This document shows, in pieces, positions 60,881 to 64,000 of a DNA stretch of 64,000 nt. The position numbers and the translations under genes were made by a program. Position 1 is the first letter of the stretch. Each line of letters begins with the position of its first letter. Source of the DNA: Isurus oxyrinchus (Eukaryota). The DNA is taken from positions 3,782,001 to 3,846,000 of the forward strand of contig JANJGN010000047.1 of NCBI GenBank assembly GCA_026770705.1, read 5' to 3'. The notes under the pieces are model-generated. The model did no database searches. It was given only the letters and a program-made list of their open reading frames with translations, and was not told the DNA's origin.

Positions 60881-61019
60881 TAGCCTCCCGCCCGGAAATT
60901 TGCCCCCCGAAAATTTTTCCCCCCTTAAGTTCCCCCCCCCCCCCGCAAATTCTTCCCCGCAATTTTATCCCCACCCGCCGCGGAAATTCTCCCACCCCCC
61001 CCCCCCCCGCTTCGAAATG

Positions 61020-62437
61020 CGAGCTGCCAAATGTAGATTGAGTCACCACTTTTAACGATATGATGGTGGACAAACGACAGTTACCATGAAAAGAATTAAT
61101 GCGCAATTTTTAACAAGCACACATCCCTTTAACACGTACACATCAGCCCCGCGGCTAAATGAGAATTCCGCTACCGTGACCAACAGAAGTGGTTCACCAT
61201 ACCATGGCGACAAACTCCTGGAAGGGAAAGCTTTTACAGTTCAGCAAAAGAGGACCTACGATTTACAAGGATGCAGTAAAGAGAATATGATATTACACCA
61301 ACTGCCATCTTTAAATCAGTTTGGAAACATTTCTCTAAATTATGCAGATGAAAAAAAATCAATCGTGAGATTCAACATTGAACCATTGGACACAGGGAAA
61401 GGTGAATTTATAATGGGGAATAGGGAAATGGCTCAAGAGCGATTCAGAATCAACGTGAGACCAAATATCAAGTGAATATAAGGAACTTGTGTAAATCGGT
61501 ACCAGCAAGTAAACCGTGCTGGAGACATTCATGGGACTTAGTGGGAAGCAATCTTCTGGACCTTCCCACTTGCAGCATAGAATATTACAGAAGAAGGAGC
61601 TGCAAAGATAGCGGATGAATTGGATTCGATCTATCAGAATTACTTCGAATCCAGAACAGTTCTGAAGGACTGGAGGGTAACAAACCCTAACATTTAGGAA
61701 GGGTGGTAGAAAGAAAACGGGGAACTATTAGCTTCACATCACTGCCAGGCAAAATGATATATATTTTTTTCTATTCGGGATGTGCTAATAGAACAGTTGG
61801 AAAATCACAATGTTATTCAATAATTTCAATACAGATTTGTAAAGGGGAAATTGAGTATGGCAATTTTATCAGCATTTTTAAGAATGCAATTATGTGGGGG
61901 TTAAAGCGAACACAATTGAATGTACTAACTTTGGATTTTCAGAAAGCATCCGATAAAATATTTTTAAAGGTCCTTACGCAAATTTAGGAATTATGGTATT
62001 TGACGTAATATATTAATATGGAAAATGAAGTGGTTAATGGATTGACAACAGAGAGCAGGAAGAAAGGCGACATGTTTACCTTAGCACGCTGTAATTAGTG
62101 AGGTGCCAGATGAGTGAATAAATGGGTCTCAGCTATTTGCATTCGATATTAATGGATGCGATGTTGGAGCTGAGTTCGAAGTGTAGAATAAGGGTTAATG
62201 TTAGACTGGCCGCAGTGTGATGTAAAGAGTCATATGACAGTAGACCAGGGACAGGCAGGTTCGCATATCGGACAGACATGAACGAGAGGCACGTGTAGAA
62301 AACAGCATGGAGATAGCACTTATTCTGGCTGTACTGATGCTTTTGCATAGAGTTATGTGTTACCAATAAACAGTGACTGTTCAATAGTCTGAACCTTGTA
62401 ATTTCTGTTCCTATGTCTTATGGTCTTATGGTCTTCG
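61020..62437 (+). mobile_element. Decayed CR1 ORF2 (linker to RT) with 3' tail
   Basis: GEFIMGNREMA (61086-61475), LDFQKASDKI (61703-61987), ggtgccag..gggtctcagctattt; ends in tatgtcttatggtcttatggtctt. Confidence 0.75.
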
Positions 62438-62885
62438 TTCGACCAATGGACAAAACCCTTACAACTTGGTGGCAACTCATGGCCGAACCCAGAACTCAAG
62501 GAAAGCTGGGAAAAAGACCCCGAAATCTGAAAGACTAAAGCAACCACACCCTGACCTGAGGTAGTCACCATACGTGAAGGGCACAGATGGAGATCGACTG
62601 AGAAGAAACCCCATTGCAGAACTGGAGGGATACGGGCGGAGGAGAAATCCACTGTGGAGCTGAAGGACTGCAGCAGAGCACATCGCGGGCTTTGTGAAAC
62701 CCCATCCAATACAGAGCCAAATAATCCAGACAGATCGCAAGGGTGAGCAAGCTAAAGAATATAAAACATCGGTACAAAGGGTGAACTGATATTTCAAAGT
62801 ATTGAGGACATTAATCAGGCAGAACCGTCCTTTTCTTTAATCACTGCGCCCAGTCCGAATCCAGATTCGGCGGCCGAGAACCATT

Positions 62886-62933
62886 GGGTGGCGGGGTTGG
62901 GGTGGGGTAGGGGGTGGGGGGGGGGGTGGGCGG
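62886..62933 (+). repeat. G-rich tract with G-quadruplex potential
   Basis: gggtggcggggttggggtggggtagggggtggggggggggtggg: more than four G3+ runs with 1-3 nt loops. Confidence 0.6.
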
Positions 62934-63199
62934 ACTTTTAACGCCTGAGTGAGAGCCGGGAACAACATTTGATCAGTTGAACACTCTCGGAAATAGTCTG
63001 GAAGGCACCAAGGCGTTGCTGCAAAGAAAGTAGATCACTTTATGATCGGGTCTGCGATCGCTGCTGGATCCCTCCAAAACCAGAAAAGCGCTGGAAAAGG
63101 TGAAACAAACGGTTGCTGCAGAGCGATCTTTAAAAGTGCAAAAACAATTACATGTGTTCCTCCCTCTGCTGGAAAAAAGTCATGGATAATAAATCAGAG

Positions 63200-64000
63200 C
63201 TACCAGATCGAGATTTATGACCCACTGGGCAGATCAGGCGCGGTATTGGTGGCTTTAGTGGACATTTTTTATAAGTGACAAATGAAATTGAACCCTGAAA
63301 AGTCTGAGGTGATACAGTTTGGAAAGAGTAATTTGACAAGGCACTATTCAATGAAACACATGGCACTAAGAAGTCATGAGGAACAAAGCAACATTGGCGT
63401 GTGTGTCCATACATCCATATATGAAGGCGGAGTGGCATGTTAGTGCATTGTTTAAAAAGACATTTGCGACACTTGGCTTTATAAATTGAGGCAGAGATAA
63501 CAAAATTAGAAAGGTAATGTTGGAATTGTATAGAACCTTGGTGAGGCCACAGCTGGAGTACTGTGTGCAGTTCTGGTCGCCACATTATAGGAAGGATATG
63601 ATTGCACTGGAGGGGGTGCAAAGGAGATTCACCAGGATGTTGCCTAGGAAGAAACATTTAAGTTATGAAGAGAGCGTGGATAGATTTGGATTGATTGTTT
63701 TCTAGCAGAGAAGACTAGGGGGCGACCTCTTCGAGGTGTACAAGATTTTGAGGGGAATGGACAGGGTGGATTAGGGATCAGCTGTTCCACTTAGTTGAAG
63801 GGCCTGTCACGAGGGGACACATGTTCAAGGTGAGTGGTAGGATGTTTAGCGATAAGGAGAGGAAAAATATTTTTACCCAGAGGGTGTTGATCTGCTGTCT
63901 GGGAGGGTGGTCGAGGCGGGTTGCCTCAGATCCTTTATAAAGTAACTGGATGAACACTTGGCACGTCATAACATTCAAAGGTAAGGACCAGTGCTTATAA
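63200..64000 (+). mobile_element. CR1 LINE 3' part (same subfamily as 7618-9010 and 35838-37300), running to the window end
   Basis: MLELYRTLVRPQLEYCVQFWSPHYRKDMIALEGVQRRFTRMLP (63517-63705); the 3' UTR matches the reverse complement of 35900-36200. Confidence 0.9.

Noticed and set aside
1-64000. tRNA, rRNA or prokaryotic operon/defence systems
   Set aside because: No cloverleaf or rRNA-like segments recognised; gene density and repeat content are those of vertebrate DNA.

Overview
Eukaryotic, repeat-dense genomic DNA. The repeat families (CR1 LINEs with SGNH-esterase ORF1, Penelope-like GIY-YIG elements, Deu-domain SINE relics, Harbinger relics) and the GPR139-like receptor type point to a cartilaginous fish, probably a shark (inference). 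There is one apparently intact gene: a two-exon GPR139-like class A GPCR on the minus strand (exon 1 57608-57344, exon 2 49487-48589, phase-1 GT-AG intron, about 387 aa), whose N-terminus is built from a 21/42-bp tandem repeat of start-codon modules. A clear paralogous pseudogene lies at ~10.8-11.6 kb, with possible older relics elsewhere. The rest is mostly decayed transposons, long CT/GA/CA/GT tracts and two N gaps. Most notable: (1) a CR1 copy at ~2.9-3.9 kb with strand-specific A-to-G hypermutation resembling ADAR editing; (2) young Penelope pLTR insertions with 13-17 bp target-site duplications, two of them fold-back, carrying minimal hammerhead-ribozyme motifs with a non-canonical CUGUYGA core; (3) the repeat-built receptor N-terminus. 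Boundaries of old repeats are approximate, and family assignments come from motif recognition, not database searches.
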